A stretch of DNA of 64,000 nt from an uncultured Thermoactinomycetaceae bacterium (GTDB taxonomy: Bacteria; Bacillota; Bacilli; Thermoactinomycetales; CALJVA01), in assembly GCA_937975135.1 (NCBI GenBank), contig CALJVA010000015.1, positions 1,064 through 65,063 on the forward strand, in the 5' to 3' direction. Below are positions 20,480-29,234 of the stretch, piece after piece; positions within the stretch are counted from its first letter, which is position 1, and every line of letters begins with the position of its first letter. The notes under the pieces were generated by a model, which saw only the letters and a program-made list of their open reading frames with translations, was not told the origin of the DNA and did not search any database. The position numbers and the translations under genes are program-made.

Positions 20480-21880
20480 TCATGTATTTTCATTTTCAGA
20501 GTTTACTTTCGCATGTTTATATCCATACACCCAATAAATAATTACACCAATCACTAACCAAATCGAAAATCGAAGAATCGTAAATAGTGGAAGGCTAAAG
20601 ATTAATGCAAGGCTGCCTCCAACACCGATGATTCCAAAAAACCATAACGCAGGTACTTTAAATGCTCGGGGTTGATCAGGTTTTGTGTAGCGAAGAACCA
20701 TAACACTGACAGTTGTTAGAGCAAAAGCTGTTAAGCCACCAATATTAGCGAATTCCGCCAACTCCCCGATCGATAAGAACCCCGATAGAAGAATACCGGT
20801 CGCAACAACAATAACAACCGATGCTACGGGAACGCCTGTTTTTTTATTTGTTTGTGCGATCCGCTCTGGGAGAAGTCCATCGCGACTCATAGCAAATAAA
20901 ACACGTGTTGCACTGGTTGTGTTTGCAATCATCGTAGCAAGCAATCCAAAAATAACAGCTACTGCAATGATGGCCCCTCCCCATTGAATCCCGACAGATT
21001 GAAGAGCAAATACAGTGGGATTTGGAACATCCAATTCAGGGAATGGTACAATTCCCGTCAATACTAATGCGACCAATGCATAAAGAAGTGTGAGCACACT
21101 CAACCCACCAATTAATGCGACTGGGATTGCTTTTTGTGGATTTTTCACTTCTTCCAAGACCGTTGTCACACCATCAAATCCAGTAAATGCAAAAAACACC
21201 AATGCAGCCCCTGCCATGACTCCTGTCCATCCAAAAGGTGTAAAGGGTGTCCAGTTTATAGGATCAACATGGAAAGCGCCAATGATGAGGAACAGAATGA
21301 TGGCTCCAACTTTTGCGACCGTAAATAATGTATTGGACCGACCTACATTTTTAATTCCACTTAAAGCAATCCACGCAACGATAAGCCAACCCACAACTGC
21401 CGGTAAATTGACAATTCCACCATGAGCGATATCTTTTGTTAAACCCTCAGGCAAGTAAATGCCAATAGATTGGAGAAAGGAATTCACATAGCCACTCCAT
21501 CCAACGGCTACTGTACTTGAAATAACCGTGAATTCCAATAGTAAATCCCATCCAATGATCCAAGCAATAAACTCTCCCAGTGCAATATAAGAATAGGTGT
21601 AAGCACTTCCGGCAACGGGGGCCATAGAGGCAAATTCAACATAAGCGAGTCCAACTGCAATCGTCACGATTCCACCAATCAGGAATGATACAATCACTCC
21701 CGGCCCTGCATGTAGCGCAGCAGTGGTTCCCGGCAAGACAAAAATCCCTGCTCCGATCGTGGCGCCCAATACATACAACATCAATTGCCATGATCCGAGT
21801 TCCCGTCTAAGTTTAAAACGTTCAACTTCAGTGATCCGTTTGGCTTGCTCAATGGACTTCGTTCTAAAAATATTCGCCAT
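20480..21880 (-). CDS. APC-superfamily amino acid permease
   Basis: 466 aa with about 12 TM segments. N-terminus ...LRRELGSWQLMLYVLGATIGAGIFVLPG is typical of amino-acid/polyamine/organocation permeases. Confidence 0.88.
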   Translation of the reverse strand: MANIFRTKSIEQAKRITEVERFKLRRELGSWQLMLYVLGATIGAGIFVLPGTTAALHAGPGVIVSFLIGGIVTIAVGLAYVEFASMAPVAGSAYTYSYIALGEFIAWIIGWDLLLEFTVISSTVAVGWSGYVNSFLQSIGIYLPEGLTKDIAHGGIVNLPAVVGWLIVAWIALSGIKNVGRSNTLFTVAKVGAIILFLIIGAFHVDPINWTPFTPFGWTGVMAGAALVFFAFTGFDGVTTVLEEVKNPQKAIPVALIGGLSVLTLLYALVALVLTGIVPFPELDVPNPTVFALQSVGIQWGGAIIAVAVIFGLLATMIANTTSATRVLFAMSRDGLLPERIAQTNKKTGVPVASVVIVVATGILLSGFLSIGELAEFANIGGLTAFALTTVSVMVLRYTKPDQPRAFKVPALWFFGIIGVGGSLALIFSLPLFTILRFSIWLVIGVIIYWVYGYKHAKVNSENENT

Positions 21881-22149
21881 AAAATCACTCCAATTCTTAA
21901 GTTACCAGTCTTTCTCACACAGAAAAAAGCGGTGAAAAATCATCATCTCTATACTCGTTGTAGATAGCAGCCATGAAGTGATAATAAAATATTAGCATAA
22001 TTCCATTTTCATGAACGGAAGGAAGTAATAGAAATAACCAGGTATATTGAATTTCTGCGGATTGGACATATATAATAAAAATACTTAATATTGGATTATT
22101 TACGGATTGCCGTGTTGAGCACTTTTTTCAAAATCGGAGTCATTTTTAA

Positions 22150-22371
22150 CTTGCACTGGGAATTCTGCTTATGATGCCGGAATTAAAGATGCCTTCAGTG
22201 ACGAAGTTTATCGACGGAACGGGTCCTGTTGGTGAAGGGATTGGGCCTTATCTGCTAAAGCAGGGGTCAGCGTCAATGAATCATCAGATTGAGATTCGAA
22301 CTACGTAAGGGACTGGAAGGAGTACTACTCTCTTCTCCCCTAGTACAACACAAGAAAAAAGGGAGAGGAAT
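22150..22371 (+). pseudogene. decayed 3' fragment of a BceS-like histidine kinase gene
   Basis: It translates as MPSVTKFIDGTGPVGEGIGPYLLKQGSASMNHQIEIRTT*GTGRSTTLFSP. The intact kinase reads VPRVFDPFFTGENGRRFKESTGIGLYLVKQVLTSMDHQIEIRSTEGMGTSVTLFYP. The fragment has an in-frame taa at 22306-22308 and ends in the same gggagagg(a)atATG junction. Confidence 0.65.
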
Positions 22372-23148
22372 ATGTTAGAAGCAAAATATTTGACCAAAGT
22401 ATATGGTGGTGAGATCGGAGCTCCCCGCCATCGAGCAGTAAATGGGTTTCATCTTACAATTCAGCCCAAGGAATGGGTGGGAGTGATGGGGCCATCTGGA
22501 AGTGGGAAAACCACTCTCCTCCGTATGTTGGGTACCTTGGATCTTCCGACAGCTGGGGAGATTTGGTTTAAAGGACGAGAGTTAACCCAACTTTCCTCTA
22601 AAGAACGAGCAGACTTCCGCCGCCGACATCTGGGTTTTATTTTTCAGGATGATCGATTATTAGATGCCTTAACCCTAAGAGAAAACACGTGGCTCCCTCT
22701 AATTTTAGCTGGGGAAGATCCCACAAAGATGCAGAAACGAAGCGATACTCTAGCAGCACTCTTTGGTTTGGATAAGGGGTGGCACCGTTTTCCACGGCAA
22801 GCTTCTGGGGGAGAAAAGCAGCGGGCAGCGGCGATTCGTGCTCTGATTCACCGTCCTGATCTCGTTTTAGCCGACGAACCGACGGGAAACTTGGATTCCA
22901 AAACATCCCGGTGTCTACTTTCCGGACTTGAAATGATACGTCAGGAGAGTGAAACAGCCATTTTGATGGTAACCCATGATCCTGTTGCAGCGAGCTGGTG
23001 TGATCGTGTTTTGTTTATACGTGATGGGTCGCTCATGACAGAGGTTCGTCGTGGGGATGACCGGAAGCTTTTTTTGCGGCAAATTTTAACAGTTATCTCC
23101 GCGATGGGAGGTGACTCCCTTGACCTGGAGAGAATGGGCAATTCGTAA
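22372..23148 (+). CDS. ABC transporter ATPase (BceA-like)
   Basis: Walker A GPSGSGKTT, signature ASGGEKQRAA, Walker B LVLADEPTGNLD and H-loop VTHD are present. 258 aa. Confidence 0.9.
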   Translation: MLEAKYLTKVYGGEIGAPRHRAVNGFHLTIQPKEWVGVMGPSGSGKTTLLRMLGTLDLPTAGEIWFKGRELTQLSSKERADFRRRHLGFIFQDDRLLDALTLRENTWLPLILAGEDPTKMQKRSDTLAALFGLDKGWHRFPRQASGGEKQRAAAIRALIHRPDLVLADEPTGNLDSKTSRCLLSGLEMIRQESETAILMVTHDPVAASWCDRVLFIRDGSLMTEVRRGDDRKLFLRQILTVISAMGGDSLDLERMGNS

Positions 23149-25002
23149 CCTCCGCTACCATTGGCAAGATTTGATGGCCTATTTCTTAAGTTGCACATGG
23201 GCAGTTACTCTGGTTCATCTTTTTATGCAGGTGATTGATCACCCTGAGCTTGCCTCGGATGTTCACCGAGGTTTTTTTTTCGTGGCCCTATTTCTACTGG
23301 TTTTCTTTATGGCGGGCTTTATTTGGTTGTCTCATCAGTATTTTTATCGGAAACGGGAGGAAGAGTGGGAGCTTTTATCCTGGTTAGGGATGGAGTCTGC
23401 TCATTGGAAGCGTCTGTTGTTATGGGAAAGTGGGTTACTTGCCGGAATATCGATACTAGGCGGCCTGGGTGGGGGCTTTCTACTGGCTCCTCTTTTTTAT
23501 CTCGCAGTATCCACTGTCCTTTTTCTGCCCGATCCTCTGGGCATGCACTTTTCTTGGAGAGGAATTCTATGGACTGTAGCTTTTTTTGCACTTTTATATT
23601 TCATCGTAACTTGGCGTATCTGGAATCAATTGGGGAATGAACAGCTTCGATCAACAAAGTTGCCTCGACTACAGCTTTCTGAGAAGTGGGGTATAGTCTT
23701 TTCATTGCTCTCATTGGGAGGGGTGTGGTGGGGAACGGATACCGCAACCTGGACAGCATGGATTCCCCGATTTCCTTTTATTGTTTTTCTAGGACTTTTC
23801 GGGGGATTTGGTTTACTACGTTACGGTGGAGCATGGTTGATGAGCTGGGCCCGAAATCAGCCATTAATTCTGAAAATCCCCTCCCTTTGGCTACTAATTA
23901 CTTGGTTGCGTCCACGTTGGTCTCAAGATGCTCGATTATTAATTTTGATCAGTGGGATGATGCAATTGCAGTAGGAATGGGAAGCTTCTGCTTTGTCTTC
24001 TGGAATCAGGCAGACCACTTAGCAGTAGAGCAAAACCCATGGACCATTCAAATTGTTGGGGTAAAAGGAAATGAAATTGCGAAGGAAGTGGAACGAGTTT
24101 TAGCTGAGGAGGGGTTGCCGATCGAGCAAAAAATGTCCCTACCCATGTTAAAGGCGAATAAAAGGGAAACTTCTTATATTCTGGTTTCATCCAGTGACTT
24201 TAACGAGCTGCTTAAAAGTAGGGGATATCCACCTTTTCAAATTGATTCAGGGGAGGCTATCGATGTTTTTCCTTTTCAAAAGGGAGCAAAAGAGGAAAAG
24301 CATCGAGCATCTACAACCTTGAAGGTAGAGAGGTGGACGTTGCAAGTGGGAGCTGGGTCTTGGAAGGTGGATGTGGTGCAACGGTCTAATCTCCGATTGT
24401 TAAACCAGCACCCTTTGACAGAACATGTCTTGGTGTTAGCGGTATCAGATTTCCAAAAGTTATGGGAACAATCTTCTGAAGAGCAATTCTGGATTTATGG
24501 TTGGAGGTCTTCTCGATGGCGTGAGAGCTCCGATGTTCTTGAACGTTTGGAAGATACGCTTCAGGATAAAAATAATCTGGCAAAAACACCGCTTAGAGAG
24601 AGCAGATGGTTACGTCAAGGATTTGCTCCACTAATGTTTTTCAGTTTATTCCTGGGGATCCTCTTTTTCTTAGCCTCTGTGACCCTGATTACCTTTCGTC
24701 TTCGCCAGCAAGTGATCCGCGAACCGGAGAGATGGCAACGATTAGGGGAGTGGGGGATGACGGCGAAAAAACGAATGGAAATGATTCACTGGGAAGTAAG
24801 AGTGATTTTTGCCCTTCCTTGGTTACTCACCTTGGGTGCAGCGGTTTTGGTAAATCGCTTTTTGGATGTACTGGTTCCTGGTGGGACTGCTACTACTGTA
24901 GCGACTGTTTATGTGGTTCAAGCTGGGATGTGGTGCCTCGTGTATCGCTTTATGTGGGAGAAGTTTCGCTGGTGGTTGGAAGAGCGAGTAGAGGAAATAT
25001 AA
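23120..25002 (+). pseudogene. BceB-like (FtsX-domain, 10-TM) ABC permease interrupted by a frameshift near 23962
   Basis: Two overlapping ORFs lie in different frames (to 23974, and 23686-25002). Together they give about 625 aa with BceB architecture: 4 TM + FtsX region, ~200-aa extracytoplasmic domain, C-terminal TM bundle. The join is ...ARLLILISGMM | AIAVGMGSFCFVF. Confidence 0.7.
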
Positions 25003-25037
25003 AACGGACATAGAAAAAAATTTTGTATTTATTCACC

Positions 25038-25059
25038 AACGCCTAAGAGGCGTTTTTTC
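25038..25059 (+). terminator. intrinsic terminator
   Basis: Stem aacgcct / aggcgtt followed by ttttt, 36 nt after the permease stop. Confidence 0.7.
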
Positions 25060-25209
25060 TTTTCTGCCTTTCAAAAATGTAAGATTCATGTGGCTGATTG
25101 TAAGCTTTTTCGATGGGAAGGAGGTGATTGGCAAGATAAACTTAAGGAGAAACGGGATGGATGAAATGTTTCCTGAAGTAGTAGATGGATGGAAGGAGAA
25201 GTGTGTTGG

Positions 25210-26113
25210 ATGGATGTTTTGGAAGCGATCCGTGTGACAAAAAAAAATCGGTTCCCGAATCGTAATTGATGATCTGTCATTCTCTGTGAAAAAAGGTCAT
25301 ATATGCGGTTTTCTTGGTCCCAATGGTGCTGGAAAAACAACGATGATTCGTCTTTTTACAGGCTTGATTCGTCCCACTAATGGAGAAGTAAAGATTCATG
25401 GTATCAGTGTTACCCGGAGTCGTACACAGGCCCTGCAAAGCGTCGGTGCAATTGTGGAGGAGCCTATTTTCTTCCCATACTTAACAGGGAGAAAAGCACT
25501 TCTCAATTTGGCACGACTCCATCCACAATTAAAGAGAGGGCAGAGAAAAAGAAAAGTGGAGGAGGTGCTGGAGAAGGTGGATTTATCCCATGCAGCTGAA
25601 CAAAAAGTAGGTACCTACTCCTTAGGCATGAAGCAGCGGCTGGGAATTGCTCAAGCCCTTCTCGGAGATCCGAAGGTGATTATTCTTGATGAGCCGGCAA
25701 ATGGCCTAGATCCAATGGGGATGCGTGAGCTGCGTAATTTAATTTTAAAGCTTCGAGAAGAGATGGGTTGCAGTTTCCTTATTTCCAGCCATCTTTTGGA
25801 TGAATTACAGCAGTTATGTGATGACCTTGTTGTGATCAAGGAAGGAAAGCTTGTTTGGCAGGGGAAAATGGCGGATCTTTTTGGAGGGACAGAGTATGTT
25901 TTTACGCTGTTTCCTTTGCAAAAAGCGATCAAGCTGATTCAGAAGAAGTACCCTGTTCAATTCTTATCAGAAAAACAGTTGCAAGTGAAAGTCCCAGATG
26001 AGGAAGTGAGCCAGTTAAATCATCATTTAATACAAAATGGTATTCAAGTGATGGGTGTGGAACGAAGGCAAAAGCGTTTGGAAGATGTATTTGTCGAGAT
26101 GATGTCACCATGA
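25210..26113 (+). pseudogene. ABC-2 subfamily ATPase interrupted by a +1 shift in an A9 run (25239-25247)
   Basis: ATG 25210 (SD aaggag 11 nt upstream) gives MDVLEAIRVTKK, then runs out of frame. The 25286 frame carries IGSRIVIDDLSFSVKKGHICGFLGPNGAGKTT, signature YSLGMKQRLGIA and Walker B IILDEPANGLD. Removing one A restores a canonical N-terminus. Confidence 0.75.
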
Positions 26114-26943
26114 TGCGATTAATGGCCAGTGAGTGGGAGCGGATCTGGTGCCGAAAGATTACATGGGTCTTGTTTGCATTGATTCCTGTTGTCTTGATTG
26201 CTACAGGATATAAATATCAAAACTTCAATCAGAACTTATCACCCCAAAGTCCAGCCTATTCTTTTTTGGATAACTTCCCTGTCCTAGCTCTTTCTTCTGG
26301 ATATCAATTGGTAATTCTTTTCAATCTGGTTCTACTTATTTTACTTGTTTTCTCGATAACTGAGGAATACCGATCCGGCCAAATACGGATGGTGATGATT
26401 CGCTCATACTCCTTTGCACAACTGCTTCTGGCCAAATGGCTTACAGTAATTGGGGTGATATTTTTATACCTTGGTTGCTATATGATCTTAAGCTATGTAG
26501 TGGGTGCTTGGTTGTTTGAAAGTTCCTCGCAATTGTTTCTTCTTCACCATGAAAACCCTGTTTCTAAAGGCCCCGCCTTTTCTTATGTGATCCGTTACTA
26601 TGCCATTGCTTTTCTTACATTAGTCGTTGTTTCAATCATTGTCACTTTTTTTGCTATCGTCAGTCAAACGACTACAACAGCGATTGGAGTTGTCGCTGGC
26701 TTTTTTCTCGCTTCTTTTGCTTATCCAGCAATACTGAAAACCTTTTCTATCGGACTGGAGCCGCCTTTAGATCCTGCTTGGTATTTGCTATCAATTAATG
26801 TTATTCAACAGGAGGGGATTGCATTGTTATTGGCTGATAAACCAAAGTTTCCATTCTTTATTATGAAAACGCTTCTTGGTTACACGGTTTTATTCGGAAT
26901 TTCTGCATATCTGAGTTTCACCCGAAAGGATCGTTATATCTAA
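26110..26943 (+). CDS. ABC-2 family permease
   Basis: 277 aa with 6 TM segments. The start overlaps the ATPase stop (ATGATG). The N-terminus is MASEWERIWCRK. Confidence 0.75.
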   Translation: MMRLMASEWERIWCRKITWVLFALIPVVLIATGYKYQNFNQNLSPQSPAYSFLDNFPVLALSSGYQLVILFNLVLLILLVFSITEEYRSGQIRMVMIRSYSFAQLLLAKWLTVIGVIFLYLGCYMILSYVVGAWLFESSSQLFLLHHENPVSKGPAFSYVIRYYAIAFLTLVVVSIIVTFFAIVSQTTTTAIGVVAGFFLASFAYPAILKTFSIGLEPPLDPAWYLLSINVIQQEGIALLLADKPKFPFFIMKTLLGYTVLFGISAYLSFTRKDRYI

Positions 26944-26962
26944 GTTGATTCTGAAGGAGGAG

Positions 26963-27736
26963 ATGGCAATGTATGAGCTTATTTTAAGTGAGTGGGAGCG
27001 AATCTTTGCTCGAAAAAAAACCATCGTAAGTCTTCTTATTTATATTGTTTTATTGGGATTGCTTGCTTTTGGGTTGCATCGGGGAGGCATTGGATTTTAT
27101 ACACCAGAGATGTATACACAACTCAATTCTTTAAACTTTCCCGTATTTTTATTAAAGGAAGTAGGCTTTCTATTATCGTTTATCATTCTGCCTATGTTAT
27201 TTGTAGACAGTTTTAATGGTGAATATCGTTCGGGAGCTTTCCGAATGGTGTTGATCCGTCCTCAACCCATCATGAAGTTACTGCTTGCAAAATGGGTTGC
27301 GATGGTATCTGTTGTCCTTGTCCTATTGACCATCACTTTTTTATTGGGGCAGATCATAGGTTGGCTCTTCTTTCCCACTGCTACAAATGTATCGTTCTAT
27401 CCTGATGGGGAATCATTTTCACTATGGGGGTCTTTTGGATACTCTTTCTTATTTTATCTTCTTTTTTTTGGAATCTATTTGGCTTACCTCGGGATTGCTA
27501 GCTTGATTAGTACAGTTGCTCCTAATGCAATCCTTTCCTTTTTCCTTACCGTCGCTACACTTTTGGCAATGATTTATGCTCCTGACCAACTTCGGTTTTT
27601 TCTTCGCACAGGAGAGGAAGCTTTTAAAATCATGAACGGCTCAGGAAAAACTGAATTTTTGTTAATGCTGTTTACTGTGATATTTGTTACATATAGTCTA
27701 GGTATCAGGTTATGGTGTAGAAAAGATTGGATTTAA
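26963..27736 (+). CDS. ABC-2 family permease (paralogue of preceding gene)
   Basis: About 257 aa with 6 TM segments. SD aaggagg precedes ATG 26963. The N-terminus ILSEWERIFARKK mirrors the previous permease. Confidence 0.75.
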   Translation: MAMYELILSEWERIFARKKTIVSLLIYIVLLGLLAFGLHRGGIGFYTPEMYTQLNSLNFPVFLLKEVGFLLSFIILPMLFVDSFNGEYRSGAFRMVLIRPQPIMKLLLAKWVAMVSVVLVLLTITFLLGQIIGWLFFPTATNVSFYPDGESFSLWGSFGYSFLFYLLFFGIYLAYLGIASLISTVAPNAILSFFLTVATLLAMIYAPDQLRFFLRTGEEAFKIMNGSGKTEFLLMLFTVIFVTYSLGIRLWCRKDWI

Positions 27737-27744
27737 TAGAAAGG

Positions 27745-27786
27745 AAAAGTCTCCACTTACTACTTAACAAGTGGAGACTTTTTTAT
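27745..27786. terminator. bidirectional intrinsic terminator
   Basis: Stem aaaagtctccactt / aagtggagactttt (12+ bp) with A and T runs on either side. It lies between convergent genes. Confidence 0.85.
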
Positions 27787-27978
27787 TCAAGTCCTGCCTC
27801 GTCTACGAAAGCGAAAGGCGATTAAAGTAAGTACCACCAGGGCACCTACAGCGGAAAGAATGGCAAAGCCATAATCGGTTATGAATTCGCTAATCACCGG
27901 GTTGGGGTCCAAGGGTGACGCTAATTGATGGGTGAGAAACAGGACCCCTTTAACGATAAGTGTTGATAATGGGTTCAT
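27787..27978 (-). CDS. possible small membrane-anchored protein (63 aa)
   Basis: MNPLSTLIVKG...YGFAILSAVGALVVLTLIAFRFRRRGRT* has a C-terminal TM helix plus a basic tail and ends directly at the terminator. The SD is weak and the ORF overlaps the tail of the upstream DUF2892 gene. Confidence 0.3.
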   Translation of the reverse strand: MNPLSTLIVKGVLFLTHQLASPLDPNPVISEFITDYGFAILSAVGALVVLTLIAFRFRRRGRT

Positions 27979-28267
27979 TTGTTTCACCCGCACTGCTACT
28001 TAAATGTTTGGATTCCTGGTGATGATCTTTATGTGAGTGATTCCCTTGCGTATTTGAATTTTTTCCCAATGTGTTTTGGCCCATCATATACAGCACCGGA
28101 CAGAAACGAGTGATTCCTTCGGCTACTTTCATGCCGGAGAGGATCGCGAAAAAAAGAGGGGAATAGCTATGAGGTTTTCGGGCCATCCGCGATGCGCTCC
28201 AGGCTAGCCCTGCTAACCCGCCGGTGATTCGCATAATAGCATCCCAAGTACCGATGTTTTTCTGCAA
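27950..28267 (-). CDS. DUF2892 (YgaP-like) membrane protein with His-rich tail
   Basis: GTWDAIMRITGGLAGLAW...GITRFCPVLYMMG matches the DUF2892 pattern. The C-terminal tail reads NTQGNHSHKDHHQESKH. TTG start. Confidence 0.65.
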   Translation of the reverse strand: MQKNIGTWDAIMRITGGLAGLAWSASRMARKPHSYSPLFFAILSGMKVAEGITRFCPVLYMMGQNTLGKNSNTQGNHSHKDHHQESKHLSSSAGETNEPIINTYR

Positions 28268-28401
28268 GGTTGCAACCCCTTTCTTAGGACGTGGTGAACC
28301 TAGTATTCGTAAAAGGAGGTCGGTTTATGTAGTTAAAAGATAGGGAATTGGGGATGCCGCTTATATAGTTTTAGTAATGATGGAGGAGGTATCTATTTCA
28401 T

Positions 28402-28446
28402 CCAAAAAGAGGATATATGTTCATCGATTGAACAGATTATCCTCTT
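28402..28446 (-). terminator. intrinsic terminator of the pxp operon
   Basis: Minus-strand stem aagaggata / tatcctctt followed by ttttt, about 25 nt after the DUF1445 stop. Confidence 0.6.
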
Positions 28447-28470
28447 GTGAGAAAAAGCTATTTTTCCTAT

Positions 28471-29232
28471 TTATTTTGTTTTTTGATCGGTAATAAACAT
28501 GTGTCCAGGAGCATGGGTAATCATCCATTCGGGTTTACTTGCGAGGGCGACTGCTTGCGGGGTAACACCACAGGCCCAGAAAACAGGAATTTCTCCTGGG
28601 TGTACTGGGACCGCATCCCCAAAGTCTGGTTGATCCAAATCATCAATTCCAATGGCTGAGGGATCTCCTGCATGGACGGGAGCTCCGTGAAAGTCTGGGT
28701 ATTGGGCAGTGATTTCTACAGCCCGGATCATATCTTTCGGTTTCATTGGTCGCATACTCACTACTAATGGTCCAGAAAAAAAGCCTGCGGGTTCACATGA
28801 GATGGAAGTGGTATACATCGGTACATTACATCCCGTCTCAATATGGCGGACGGGGATCCCTGCAGCAAGAAGTGGAGCTTCAAAGGTAAAGCTGCATCCG
28901 ATGAGGAATGAGACGGCATCATCGGTCCAATGGTCCATGATATCTGTTACCTCATCAACCAATTCCCCATGTTTGTAGATGCGATAACGAGGAACATCAG
29001 TGCGTAGATCTGCACTGGGAGCCATTTTTTGTGGAACAGGAGAACCAGGATCGGTTACTTCCAATAAAGGGCAGGCTTTTTTGTTCCGCATACAGAATAA
29101 TAAAAAGTCAAAGGCATATTTTTTGGGAAGAATTACTAGATTTGCTTGCATATAGTCAGGGGCAAGTCCTGCTGTTGGGCCTGTCCAAATCCCTTGACGA
29201 ATTTGTTCACGTATTTCTTCATGCTTCATCAC
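28471..29232 (-). CDS. DUF1445 / UPF0317 putative hydro-lyase (D-glutamate cyclase family, YcsI-like)
   Basis: 253 aa with [30 protein letters not shown] and [10 protein letters not shown] motifs characteristic of UPF0317. It is the last gene of the pxp operon, as ycsI is in B. subtilis. Confidence 0.8.
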   Translation of the reverse strand: MMKHEEIREQIRQGIWTGPTAGLAPDYMQANLVILPKKYAFDFLLFCMRNKKACPLLEVTDPGSPVPQKMAPSADLRTDVPRYRIYKHGELVDEVTDIMDHWTDDAVSFLIGCSFTFEAPLLAAGIPVRHIETGCNVPMYTTSISCEPAGFFSGPLVVSMRPMKPKDMIRAVEITAQYPDFHGAPVHAGDPSAIGIDDLDQPDFGDAVPVHPGEIPVFWACGVTPQAVALASKPEWMITHAPGHMFITDQKTK

Positions 29233-29234
29233 CT

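Noticed and set aside
21881-22140. The leader of the APC permease gene might carry a T-box or an amino-acid riboswitch.
   Set aside because: Read on the minus strand, the leader has no T-box sequence, no specifier/antiterminator architecture and no lysine/glycine/SAM riboswitch core that I could recognise.
23686-23974. The overlap of the two BceB-like frames could be a programmed ribosomal frameshift.
   Set aside because: No slippery heptamer, stimulatory hairpin or pseudoknot is evident at the junction (atgatgcaattgcag). A single-base deletion explains it.
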